Assembly: GCA_964631415.1 (NCBI GenBank)
Contig: CAZVZC010000036.1
Location: 1 to 20,858 of the forward strand
DNA from: an uncultured archaeon
Lineage (GTDB): Archaea; Asgardarchaeota; Thorarchaeia; Thorarchaeales; Thorarchaeaceae
Direction: 5' to 3'
DNA length: 20,858 nt
This document shows positions 1-9,600 of the stretch, in pieces. Made by a program: the position numbers and the translations under genes. The number at the start of each line of letters is the position of its first letter. Within the stretch, counting starts at the first letter, position 1. A model generated the notes under the pieces. The model was not told the origin of the DNA. It ran no database searches and saw nothing but the letters and a program-made list of their open reading frames with translations.

Positions 1-696
1 TGTCCATCCCGTTTCTCCCTGATAGGTCGGTGTACTTAAAGTTCGTAAATAATCACGAGGGGTAGAATATGCCTCTAGCTGTTTTCTTCCTCCTATGACT
101 TTACCCTGTCCTTGTTGAGGCATAATAGGTATAGGCTCAATTAGTCCCACACTCCAGCCAGGCACAGCACATAAGCTGGTTGTCTGCATTACTTCTTCTT
201 TAGTTAATCCTTGATGGTTACGATCGGTATAGGCTTGAGGGAAATAAACAAGATTAGGAGTATCCACTGCTTGACGCACCCTATCCCATATCCAGATCGG
301 TTCACCAGTATTTACACGAACCGGTATATCAGCGTCAGTAGAATTTTGTTTTGTCTGGATAATTTTTCCCGCTGCGGCATGTTTAAGAACGGCAGTTTTT
401 ACCCGATCAATAAGTTGTGAAGTAGGCATTGCGATCGGCGTTAACTGAAGCTGAGTAAATCCTTGTCGCATTTTCCTATCAACCAATTCCTTATTGCGTG
501 TAAATACTTCTTGCAGCTGTTCTTGAGTTGGTACAGGATACTCTTTTCCGTCAATTCCAATCACCCCTAAACTCTCCAATCGTGGAAGAAGGGTTAGAAT
601 TCCTGTCCGGTTCAATGCGGTAATGGTGCGAGCATACTCCTTCTCAAGAGGGAATAATCTGGCATTATGCTGGTCAGCCTTTCCCTTTCCGTTCAT
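1..696 (-). CDS. Hypothetical protein, 3' end truncated by the window edge (>232 aa); not in the ORF track
   Basis: Manual translation from ATG at 696 is open to position 1: MNGKGKADQHNARLFPLEKEYARTITALNRTGILTLLPRLESLGVIGIDGKEYPVPTQEQLQEVF...GGRKQLEAYSTPRDYLRTLSTPTYQGETGWT. There is no stop in 232 codons and the composition is protein-like. Confidence 0.85.
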   Translation of the reverse strand, partial: MNGKGKADQHNARLFPLEKEYARTITALNRTGILTLLPRLESLGVIGIDGKEYPVPTQEQLQEVFTRNKELVDRKMRQGFTQLQLTPIAMPTSQLIDRVKTAVLKHAAAGKIIQTKQNSTDADIPVRVNTGEPIWIWDRVRQAVDTPNLVYFPQAYTDRNHQGLTKEEVMQTTSLCAVPGWSVGLIEPIPIMPQQGQGKVIGGRKQLEAYSTPRDYLRTLSTPTYQGETGWT

Positions 697-915
697 AGTG
701 ATGATGCAGCCTCTGAGAACCACTGTTTCGAGAAGAGAGTCTAATCTGTATTTCGTACTCACATAGAGGGAGAGCCAGAGCGAGCAGCCAGATGGACGAG
801 GAGAGTTGCTGGACAGTCTGGCGTCGATGTGTAACATAATATACGACCAGCGCGCGCTGAACACGACCCTTGGGCGCGCATTTCCCAAGCCGTCCATGAA
901 AATGAGTTGAAAAGA

Positions 916-1749
916 ATGAGCACAAATCAAGAGCGTAACGCCAGCCTGCCAGTCAGAAGCGACCTAACACTGATGTATACCGCCTCTTTCATAATCGCCA
1001 TCCTCATGGCGGCTGCGTCCGTCGCCGGCCTCATGTACCGCACCATCATCTACCCGACGGACGAGTTGCTTCGTACGTTCGTGTCCAATGACGTGGTCAA
1101 TCTCTTCGTCGGCCTGCCAATCCTGCTTGGCTCAATGTGGCTGGCACGGCGTGGCAAGCTAATCGGGTTGCTCTGCTGGCCGGGCGCGCTTCTGTTTGTG
1201 CTTTACAACTACATAGCCTACATCTTTGCTCTGCCACTCAACGTGGCGTTTCTGCTGCATCTCACACTGGTCATGTTGAGCGTATACACTTCCATAGGCC
1301 TCGTTGCAAGCATTGACGGAAAAGTGGTACAAGAATCGCTCACTGGTGCTGTGCATGAGAGAGCAGCCGGAGGGGTTCTGGTTGGGCTGGGGCTCCTGTT
1401 TTTCTTGCTTGTCATTGGTGTTGTAGTCAATGCGCTCATCAGCGGGATGCCGATTGCCGAAACGGAGCTTGCGGTCAACACTTCAGATTTCTTGATTGCG
1501 CCCGCGTCGGTCATTGGTGGCGTACTGCTTTGGCGGCGTAAAGAGTTGGGGTATGTGATCAGTCTGGGGCTGCTCTTCCAGACCAGCATGTTATTCATCG
1601 CGTTGATCATCTTCCTGCTACTACAGCCATTCTTGACCACTGCGCCATTCGCTCTGGTCGATGTTCTTGTGGTCTTTGCTATGGGCCTGATTTGCTTCAT
1701 CCCCTTCTTCCTCTATGTGCGGGGCGTAGTGTCGAAACGTAATCTGTGA
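916..1749 (+). CDS. Polytopic membrane protein of unknown function (~8 TM helices, two similar 4-TM halves)
   Basis: ORF 907..1749, with ATG at 916 the likely start. It has alternating hydrophobic spans and an internal repeat (PILLGSMWLARRGKLIG vs PASVIGGVLLWRRKELG). Confidence 0.85.
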   Translation: MSTNQERNASLPVRSDLTLMYTASFIIAILMAAASVAGLMYRTIIYPTDELLRTFVSNDVVNLFVGLPILLGSMWLARRGKLIGLLCWPGALLFVLYNYIAYIFALPLNVAFLLHLTLVMLSVYTSIGLVASIDGKVVQESLTGAVHERAAGGVLVGLGLLFFLLVIGVVVNALISGMPIAETELAVNTSDFLIAPASVIGGVLLWRRKELGYVISLGLLFQTSMLFIALIIFLLLQPFLTTAPFALVDVLVVFAMGLICFIPFFLYVRGVVSKRNL

Positions 1750-1944
1750 ACCAACACCCATCTCTAAGGTAACCCGAGGTCACTACGTATCGGCGGCCCA
1801 TCAGGTCTGCCAACCTGATTCGTCTGGCAACGACCACCAAGCAGACCCTTGAGATTGGTCATATGTCCATTTCCGTCCTCGATAGGAAGAACCAAGAAAG
1901 CTGTTGCAGTACGTGCTACAGAATCCTTGGAAACGGACTGCAGA

Positions 1945-2736
1945 ATGACAGATGATAGCACAGACAGTCAACCGCTCATGCCCGCACTGTTCATTGGTCA
2001 CGGATCCCCGATGAATGCAGTCGAGGACAACGAGTTCGCTGCAAACTGGGCCAGCATCGCGCACTCCATCCCACGACCAAGGGCCATTCTCTGCATATCC
2101 GCGCACTGGACTTCGAGAGGCACCTTTGTTTCTGCTGCTTCTGAACCCGAAACCATCCACGACTTCTACGGTTTCCCTAGGAAGTTGTATGAGATTGAAT
2201 ACCGTGCCCCCGGAGCACCAAGACTGGCCGAACAGATAGTGCAACTTGCGCACTCGACCCGCGTTCGAGTCCATGAGTCGCGAGGTCTCGATCATGGGAC
2301 ATGGGCGGTACTCAGAAGGATGTATCCAGAGGCCGATATTCCTACCCTCCAGATGAGCCTTGACCTCAGCCTAAAGCCATCATTGCACTACAGGCTCGGA
2401 AGGGAGCTTCTCAGTCTTCGCAGAGAGGGAGTGCTAATCATTGGAAGCGGCAACATTGTTCACAATCTAGCACTGGCCATGGATACTGAGCAAGCGTACC
2501 CCTGGGCTCTTTCGTTCGACAGGGAAGCCGCTGCAATGATAGATATCGAGGACCATGATGCACTGATCGACTACAGGTCACTCCCAGACTCTAACAGGGC
2601 CTTCGTCACAGATGAACACTACCTGCCTCTACTATACGTTTTAGGAACAAAGGAGCGACACGAGCACGTATCGCATTCAGCCATGCGCGTCGTCCTAGCC
2701 AGTATTTCCATGCGGTGCATATTGATTCATTCATGA
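1945..2736 (+). CDS. ygiD: LigB-family extradiol ring-cleavage dioxygenase (4,5-DOPA dioxygenase / YgiD-like)
   Basis: Motifs MPALFIGHGSPMNA, ISAHW, TIHDFYGFP, RGLDHGTW, GSGNIVHNL and EHYLPLLYVLG. ATG at 1945 is preferred over TTG at 1849. Confidence 0.9.
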   Translation: MTDDSTDSQPLMPALFIGHGSPMNAVEDNEFAANWASIAHSIPRPRAILCISAHWTSRGTFVSAASEPETIHDFYGFPRKLYEIEYRAPGAPRLAEQIVQLAHSTRVRVHESRGLDHGTWAVLRRMYPEADIPTLQMSLDLSLKPSLHYRLGRELLSLRREGVLIIGSGNIVHNLALAMDTEQAYPWALSFDREAAAMIDIEDHDALIDYRSLPDSNRAFVTDEHYLPLLYVLGTKERHEHVSHSAMRVVLASISMRCILIHS

Positions 2737-3017
2737 TTGCAGCTGCAAGAATAACGCCGAGCAGCAGGCAGGTTCGATTGGCGGGCTCACCGGGCTTAAG
2801 AACGAGTTTCCACTCTTCCTTCTCAGGTTCGGCATCGATTGAACCCGGTGTATGTGCTGGAAGCACAGGTCAGCCTGCGCTGTGAGTGATTGGCTTGTCC
2901 ATCAGCTGCTTTGCTTAGTTCACCCAAATGCAGCCCTCAAGCCCGTCTCATTTATCTGTAGTGAGCACACCACTTGAAGGCGGTATCACGCTGTGTGGTC
3001 CGGAGGCTGAACGTAGA

Positions 3018-4067
3018 TTGAGTATTGAAATACGCCCGTTCGACCTGATTCACGGGTCGCCAAGTGGTTGGTCGAGATATCATGAGTTTTGGAAGGACCT
3101 GACCAAAGAGTTCTATCCCGAGCAACCCCCGATGGACATGAACACATGGAAACGCATGCTGCTGGCAGACCTAGGTGAGATAGACATGGTTGCATATGAA
3201 GCCGTAGACCTGCAGCAGAATGAAAGAATCGCGGGGTTCTTTCGACTGTGGTTTTCGAAGGAATCCTCTCCCTCCTACAGAGGCAACGAACACATCTGTA
3301 ATCTCGCCGGGATTTCGGTGCGCAGTGAATACCGAAGGAGGGGCATAGCGACTAAGCTTCTGCCAGCGGTATATGATGAAACGAAGGGACATGGACGACG
3401 ATCGGTGACTGGGTCCATTCTGAATGAGGCCGGACGCATTCTTGTTGGGAAGATTGGCGGAAAAGAAGCACTGGAAATGCAGGATAACCGCCTCCATCTC
3501 GATGACGTGGACTGGAACATGGTCAGTCAATGGGTTGAGGAGGGCCTGAAACGTTCTCCTGGCACGCGCATTGAGTTCTTTCGCTCCATTCCTGATGAGA
3601 TGCTTGAGCAGTATTGCGATGTGTTTACTGAGGTGTCCAACCAAGCACCCCGCGACGAACTGAGAGTCGGCGACCAGATTGTCACTCCTGAATCTTGGCG
3701 AGCCAGAATGGAGAAGTACGCTGAAGCAGGGATGAAGTACCTCGCAGCGTTGACCATAGAAGAAAACGGGGTCATTTCTGGTCTGACCGATGTGGCTTGG
3801 TACCCATCCCAACCATCATTCTTAATGCAGTCGTTCACTGGAGTCCAAGAGAAACATCGTGGCAGAGGACTGGGCAAGTGGCTCAAGGGTGCGATGCTTC
3901 TTAGAGTCAGAGATGAGTTCCCTAGTGTGATCACAGTCTCTACACAGAATGCTACATCAAATGACCCAATGCTGCATATCAACAGGCAGCTGGGATTCAA
4001 GCTGTATAGGGAGATTTACGTGTTCCAGATGGAGCTCAGGAAACTCAAGAAGTATCTTGGGAGATGA
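3018..4067 (+). CDS. Tandem (two-domain) GNAT family N-acetyltransferase
   Basis: Two acetyl-CoA binding motifs (VRSEYRRRGIAT and TGVQEKHRGRGLG) plus the C-terminal NATSNDPMLHINRQLGF. The likely start is TTG at 3018 after GGAGG; the ORF is open from 2928. Confidence 0.9.
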   Translation: MSIEIRPFDLIHGSPSGWSRYHEFWKDLTKEFYPEQPPMDMNTWKRMLLADLGEIDMVAYEAVDLQQNERIAGFFRLWFSKESSPSYRGNEHICNLAGISVRSEYRRRGIATKLLPAVYDETKGHGRRSVTGSILNEAGRILVGKIGGKEALEMQDNRLHLDDVDWNMVSQWVEEGLKRSPGTRIEFFRSIPDEMLEQYCDVFTEVSNQAPRDELRVGDQIVTPESWRARMEKYAEAGMKYLAALTIEENGVISGLTDVAWYPSQPSFLMQSFTGVQEKHRGRGLGKWLKGAMLLRVRDEFPSVITVSTQNATSNDPMLHINRQLGFKLYREIYVFQMELRKLKKYLGR

Positions 4068-4139
4068 CGAATGATAGCCGGGGACACCCCTCTCTCTGGT
4101 CTGCTCTCTCTTCTTCTGTCGATTCTTTCAATGAAAACC

Positions 4140-4304
4140 AAAGCCGGCTTATTCTTACGACCTGTTCGATCTCCGCAGAGGGATAATGGGATGGGAATAG
4201 AACAGATTGAGGCAGCGAAGTCCGGGACACCACACAACGCACTGGACATCATCAAACGAGCAATGATACTTCATGGTGCCCTTGGGTACACCAAGGAATG
4301 CCAT
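4140..4304 (+). pseudogene. Remnant of an acyl-CoA dehydrogenase C-terminal domain
   Basis: Within ORF 4071..4391, RDNGMGIEQIEAAKSGTPHNALDIIKRAMILHGALGYTKEC matches the acyl-CoA dehydrogenase C-terminal pattern D.G.....A..AK......A.......A..lHG..GY..E. The rest of the enzyme is absent. Confidence 0.6.
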
Positions 4305-4414
4305 AGGCGCAACTTACGGAAAACGGCCTTTCACACAAATGAGGCGCCCTTTCACTCGACGAGTTCGAGTTATAGGTTGATATCCAAGTAAGCACGCTGA
4401 ATACTGGTGCCATT

Positions 4415-5329
4415 ATGAACGATGACGCCCTGTCCTACTACTCCTCGCAGAGCGCGACAACCAACCCGGGGAGGTTCAACCGTCTGTATGAGGACCTGCC
4501 GGAATCGATTGCCGACCTCTGCAAGGTCTGCCAGAATGTGTTGATACACAAGTACCGATTGAAGTACAATGGACGGAGATCGTACGGAATCACACTCAAG
4601 GATGTCGAGCGTTCAGGGCGCATACCCGCAGATGAATACAATCTGGTCAAGACCGAAGATATGCTAGCAGTTCATCAGAGCATCAGGCCCGGTCCCATCT
4701 TGCCAGAACGTCGTCCAATCGACAGAGCAGTAGGCAACTGTCGTCACTACGCCGTGCTACTCACGTCTTTCCTCCGCCACAGAGGAACGCCGGCCAGAGT
4801 CAGGAGCGGCTGTGCAGCATATCTGACACCTGAGCAGCCCGGATTCTTCATGGACCACTACATCACAGAGTACTGGGACCGTGGCGAAGAGAGGTGGATT
4901 CTGGTCGATTCTCAGATTGACACGAAACAGAGAAAGGATTTCAGAATCGACTTTGATACAAACGACATCCCACGAAACCGATTCCTTGTGGGCGGTGTCA
5001 TGTGGAAACTCTACCGGGAAAAGAAGGCAGATCCCAACAGGTTTGGCATCTTCGGGTTTACCGGTCCGGGCTACATTAAGTTCAAGCTCGTCAATGACAT
5101 CATCTGCCTGAACAAGGAGGAGGTACTGCCATGGGATGGGTGGGGACTTGCTGCCAAGGACTTCTTGACTCTTACGAGAGATGACCTCAAGCGACTTGAC
5201 GGTCTCTCTGACCTCTCTGCCGCGGTTGACAACTCAGGGTTCCGGGAGATGAGGGATACCTATGAGAGCAGTGATGACTTGAGGAGGCCCTCCGACTACA
5301 GGCATGTCAGATGGGTAATGCCAGAATGA
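4415..5329 (+). CDS. Transglutaminase-like domain protein (Cys-His-Asp triad; putative cysteine protease/acyltransferase)
   Basis: GNCRHYAVLLTSFLRHRGTPARVRSG (Cys), DHYITEYW (His) and WILVDSQ (Asp). Confidence 0.9.
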   Translation: MNDDALSYYSSQSATTNPGRFNRLYEDLPESIADLCKVCQNVLIHKYRLKYNGRRSYGITLKDVERSGRIPADEYNLVKTEDMLAVHQSIRPGPILPERRPIDRAVGNCRHYAVLLTSFLRHRGTPARVRSGCAAYLTPEQPGFFMDHYITEYWDRGEERWILVDSQIDTKQRKDFRIDFDTNDIPRNRFLVGGVMWKLYREKKADPNRFGIFGFTGPGYIKFKLVNDIICLNKEEVLPWDGWGLAAKDFLTLTRDDLKRLDGLSDLSAAVDNSGFREMRDTYESSDDLRRPSDYRHVRWVMPE

Positions 5330-5697
5330 ATGCTCATCGTCTGCTGGGCAGAGCCGGAACGGCGTAGGAGCCACCCCTTGGGATCATGTCTGTTTCGGGT
5401 TTGACAAGGATTCCCAGATTCGACGCAACGTTGCCAACCCTACAAGACCTCGTGAACCGAAGCGCGGAAGAATCGTGGATCGGTTCAAGCCCCCGCATCA
5501 GAGAGAACTTGCCACTTCAGCCCGAATCTGTGATGGGATATGATGCGTACTATGCTGCGACAACGCCGATTGCTCAATAACTCCACGACTTCACTTTCAG
5601 AATATGGTTCCTAGTCGTGAGCCTGTCGCTCTACGTTATTTCGCGGCTCTGATACCTGGCTGCATGTTTTATCAGCATGCAGGTGGTGGTAAAGACT

Positions 5698-6318
5698 ATG
5701 GCTGATGAGGCGTTCTACAGAATCCTCTTTGTTGCACTGTATGCACTATTCTTCAGCGTGAGAGGTTATTACCGATTCGTAAAACCGAAACTTGCTGAAC
5801 CAGAGAAAGCTGAGATGGAACGGAAGGCCTTGGGAAAGGCAGAAGCAGCCATCAGCTTTGCTGTTCTTGGGTACTTTGGCTCTATAATCCTGTACATGCT
5901 AAATCTGTCATGGTTCGCGTGGACACAGATAGCTAGCTATCCAGAGTCTGTACGGTGGGTTGGTGCCCTAGTAGCACTAGCAAACATACCTCTGTTGGCT
6001 TGGATTCATCGAACACTAGGCCGACAATACTCAGCCTGTCTACGGATAAAGGAGAGTCACTCATTAATCACAGTTGGACCGTATGCAAGAGTTCGCCATC
6101 CAATGTATACCGTGTTGAACGGTTTCTCGCTGGGTATATCTCTCGTCACTGCCAACTTCCTCATTGTCTGTTTCGCGATACTCCTTATCATTACGTTTCC
6201 GTTCGTGGCGAGAAAAGAAGAACAGATGATGCTTCAGGCATTTGGTGACGAATACCGGGAGTATATGGAGCGGAGTGGTCGATTCTTCCCGAAGATATCC
6301 AGAAACAAAAAGGACTAA
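5698..6318 (+). CDS. Isoprenylcysteine carboxylmethyltransferase (ICMT/PEMT) family membrane methyltransferase
   Basis: Motifs HSLITVGPYARVRHPMY and EEQMMLQAFGDEYREYMERSGRFFP, with multiple TM spans. ATG at 5698 follows GGTGGTGG. Confidence 0.9.
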   Translation: MADEAFYRILFVALYALFFSVRGYYRFVKPKLAEPEKAEMERKALGKAEAAISFAVLGYFGSIILYMLNLSWFAWTQIASYPESVRWVGALVALANIPLLAWIHRTLGRQYSACLRIKESHSLITVGPYARVRHPMYTVLNGFSLGISLVTANFLIVCFAILLIITFPFVARKEEQMMLQAFGDEYREYMERSGRFFPKISRNKKD

Positions 6319-6699
6319 GATGTTTCTCAGGAGCTGATGTGAAACAAACCTAGTGCGAAACACGGTTGTGACATCTCAGGACAAGATGCTTCTCAGGTTT
6401 GGCTGCTGTTATGACGGTGCAAGGGCCGCAGGCAACAGAGAGGTGCCATTATCTCTTCTACAATGTTTCTCTTCGGATACGTGAAATGCCCCAGTCAGGG
6501 CGTGGTCCTTAGTTGGTCTCAACTTCCTCGCGCTGTCGTCTACACAATGGGAACTGGACAAGACCCAAGCAGACGCATAGGCCCGCCCCAATGGTGCTGT
6601 GATGACTGGCGTCACCGTTCGTAGCTACTACGCTCAACAATCATGACCCAGACCACTTGCAGGTATAGCAGGCTCGTATCTTGTGGGATTGGAAAGGGA

Positions 6700-9600
6700 C
6701 TAGGGTGCCTCTGATTTGAGGAGAGATTTCGACCGGCGAAGCAGGACAACAATGACCACGACCACAGCGACTACTCCGGCGGAGAGGGCCAGTGCAGCAA
6801 GGCTCATGTCAGTTCCGGTCGGAGTCCCGGTAGTAGTCTCGGTCGTAGTCACGCTTACACGGATGGCAAACACGCCAGTCAATGTGTTGCCATAAGGGTC
6901 GGAGGCAGTGACTGTGACTCCGTATCTCCCAGACGACAGAGTCGTTGCGTTCGTCAGATGGCCCGAACTGCTGATGGCGAAATGTACTGTGTCATTGATC
7001 AGCCACAACACAACTCCAGAGAGGTCGAAAGCCTCCAAATGGTAGTCAAGAGAGACCCCGTAGGAGAGAGTCTTGTCTACAGGTTGCACCAGCCAACCGG
7101 GTGGGGTTGTGTCCTCCACCACGATGGTGATTGTTGCCGCACAGTAGTTGTCGTAGAAGTCGTAGATTCTGACCTCTAGACCATATTCACCCACCTGCAG
7201 AGGAGTAGCATTCGTAATCGCGTAGTGAAATCCTGTGAGGTCAATGACCCCATAGACTTCGAAGTGTACCGTATCATTGATCCATATGGAGAGTAGCCCT
7301 GACAGGTCATAGGCATGGAATCCGTAGCTTAGCCGTTCCCCGAACTCTGCTACCATGTCAAGAGGGACTATGACCCAAGTAGGTGGCGAAGTGTCCTGCA
7401 CAGACACCTCGAACAGGGCAATCGTACAGTGGTCGTAGCTGTCGTTTACTCTCACCTCAAGACCGTACACATTGACACTCAAGTCTGTGATATTGATGAT
7501 TACGCCCGCATTGTCTATCGCGAAGTGGACTGTGTCATTCACCCACCAGTCGACAGCACCGGAAGGATCAGTCGCATTAAGATCGTACCTGAACTCACTT
7601 CCGAACTCGACAACCTGGTTCTCAGGCACTTCCACCCAAGCAGGGGGGAGGATGTCATGCACCACGACTGTGAATGCAGCAGTGAGTGTGTTTCCAATCG
7701 TGTCATTGACCCAGACCTGCAGTCCATAGATTCCTACGGGCATGACAGCCAAGGATGTCACCACACCGTCATCACTAATGTCAAAGTGCGCAGTATCATT
7801 GAGCCACCATTTGTGGAGACCTGACAAGTCAGAAGCACTCAGTTCATAGTGCAAGATACTGCTTACGTCACACACCTGATCGACAGGTGGAATTATCCAG
7901 TGTGGTGCAACAGTGTCAGATACTCGAACGAAGAAAGTAGCTGCCTGCTCATACCCGATTGTGTCATTGACCCGTACTTGTAACCCGTATTGACCCGTTG
8001 TTATCATGGTTGCGTTCGTTATGACGCCACTATGGTCAATACTGAATCTCAGGGTGTCGTTCAACCACCACGTATCTATACCTGAGAAATCGGTGGCATT
8101 CAAATCATAGATGAGAGGGTCACCAAGTTCAACAATCTGATTCGTAGGCGTCTGCACCCATATTGGCGGCGCTCCTGTCACTACGTCAATCTGGATGTCT
8201 GCATGCAGTTGGTTTCCTGCTGTGTCATTGACGAATATCCTCAGTCCATAGACACCCTCAGGAACTAGTGAAGAGTTCGTTACTATTCCAGTTCCATCAA
8301 CATGCCAGTAGCTCGTACCATTGAGCCACCACATGTCTATGCCTGACGAGTCAGATGCATTCAGGTCGTATCTGAATGCGGCTCCGAATTCAATCATTAG
8401 GTTGACTGGGACTTGGTCGAAGGTTGGAGCGGTCGCATCGATGCTCATCTGCCGTGTGGATGAGAACTTTCCAAGATCGCCGCCAGTATCATTTGTGGCA
8501 ACCCTCCAGTACCAGGTCCCATCAGGGAGAGGGGTGACCAGAGTGTGGCTTGTTGCACCAGTCACGGTCACATTCAACAGGTCAACAGAGTCGAAACTGG
8601 ATGTTCTGTCAATCTGTAGAAGGTATCCTGAAGCACCTGACACCTCTGACCACTCGAACGTGGGTGTGCTGTCGTTCGTTAAGATGCTATCACTAGGCGT
8701 CAGAAGCAAGGGCGGGTCAAGCACTGTTGTAAGACTGATCGACAACTGCGACAAGACTGGAGTCCTCAGATGATCGGCGTTCGTCAGTACGCTCTTCCAC
8801 ACGAGTTGCCGTCCAGAATAGACGAAGTCGTGTCGTACTCCAGACAGGACCGTTTCCCAATGCAGACCGTTGTCTGGAGATAGAGAGAATGTGATCGCAC
8901 ACCCGGCTGGCTCAGTGCCGGTCCAGTCAAGTGTGGCGTGTGACAATGAGGATGATTCAGGACCATTGAATACGGTCGTTGATTGTGCCACTGCCAAGGC
9001 TTCAAACTGCCTATGCCTACTCCGTCTCACCTCAGCAATCCTCAGACCAAATCCATAGTCTGCAACGTAGGCATACTCACCATCGACACATATTCCATAG
9101 ATGCTATTGCAGCTCAGCCCTGTCCTAGCATACAGAGTGGGGTTAGCCGGATCTGTGACGTTGACCACATCAAGATACGCGTACCCGGATGAACCTGAGT
9201 TCTGACCCACATAGGCCAGACCCCCAGAAACGTCGATTCCCCATGCCGGACTGGGCGTACTGTGAGTAGCAAGATATGTCGGATCTGCTGGGTTTGAAAT
9301 GCTGAGAATAATCAGACCTGTATTGCCATCCGCTACATAGGCTACGTCACCACTCACGAACACACCATCTGCATTGCCAGGAGTGTCGTAGACCTTCAAG
9401 AGATTGGGCTTGCTTGGGTCAGTGATGTTGACAACCGCCAGACCTCCGCCATGACAGGCAACATACGCATGATTACCATCGATGAAGACTGAGTATGCAA
9501 GTCCGCCCGTAGGACATGTGGCAACCAACGAAGGAAGAGACGGATTGACGATATTGAAGACAAGAAGCCCAGCCCAATCATCAGCCATGTAAGCATAATC

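Noticed and set aside
828-912. Possible integron attC site (TGTAAC...GTTGAAA with internal GCGCGC repeats) before the membrane-protein gene
   Set aside because: The ends do not fit RYYYAAC/GTTRRRY, L-box pairing is poor and no integrase is in the window.
5575-5641. attC-like AATAAC...GTTATT with an inner inverted repeat
   Set aside because: The spacers are very asymmetric (2 vs ~15 nt) and the R boxes are off-consensus.
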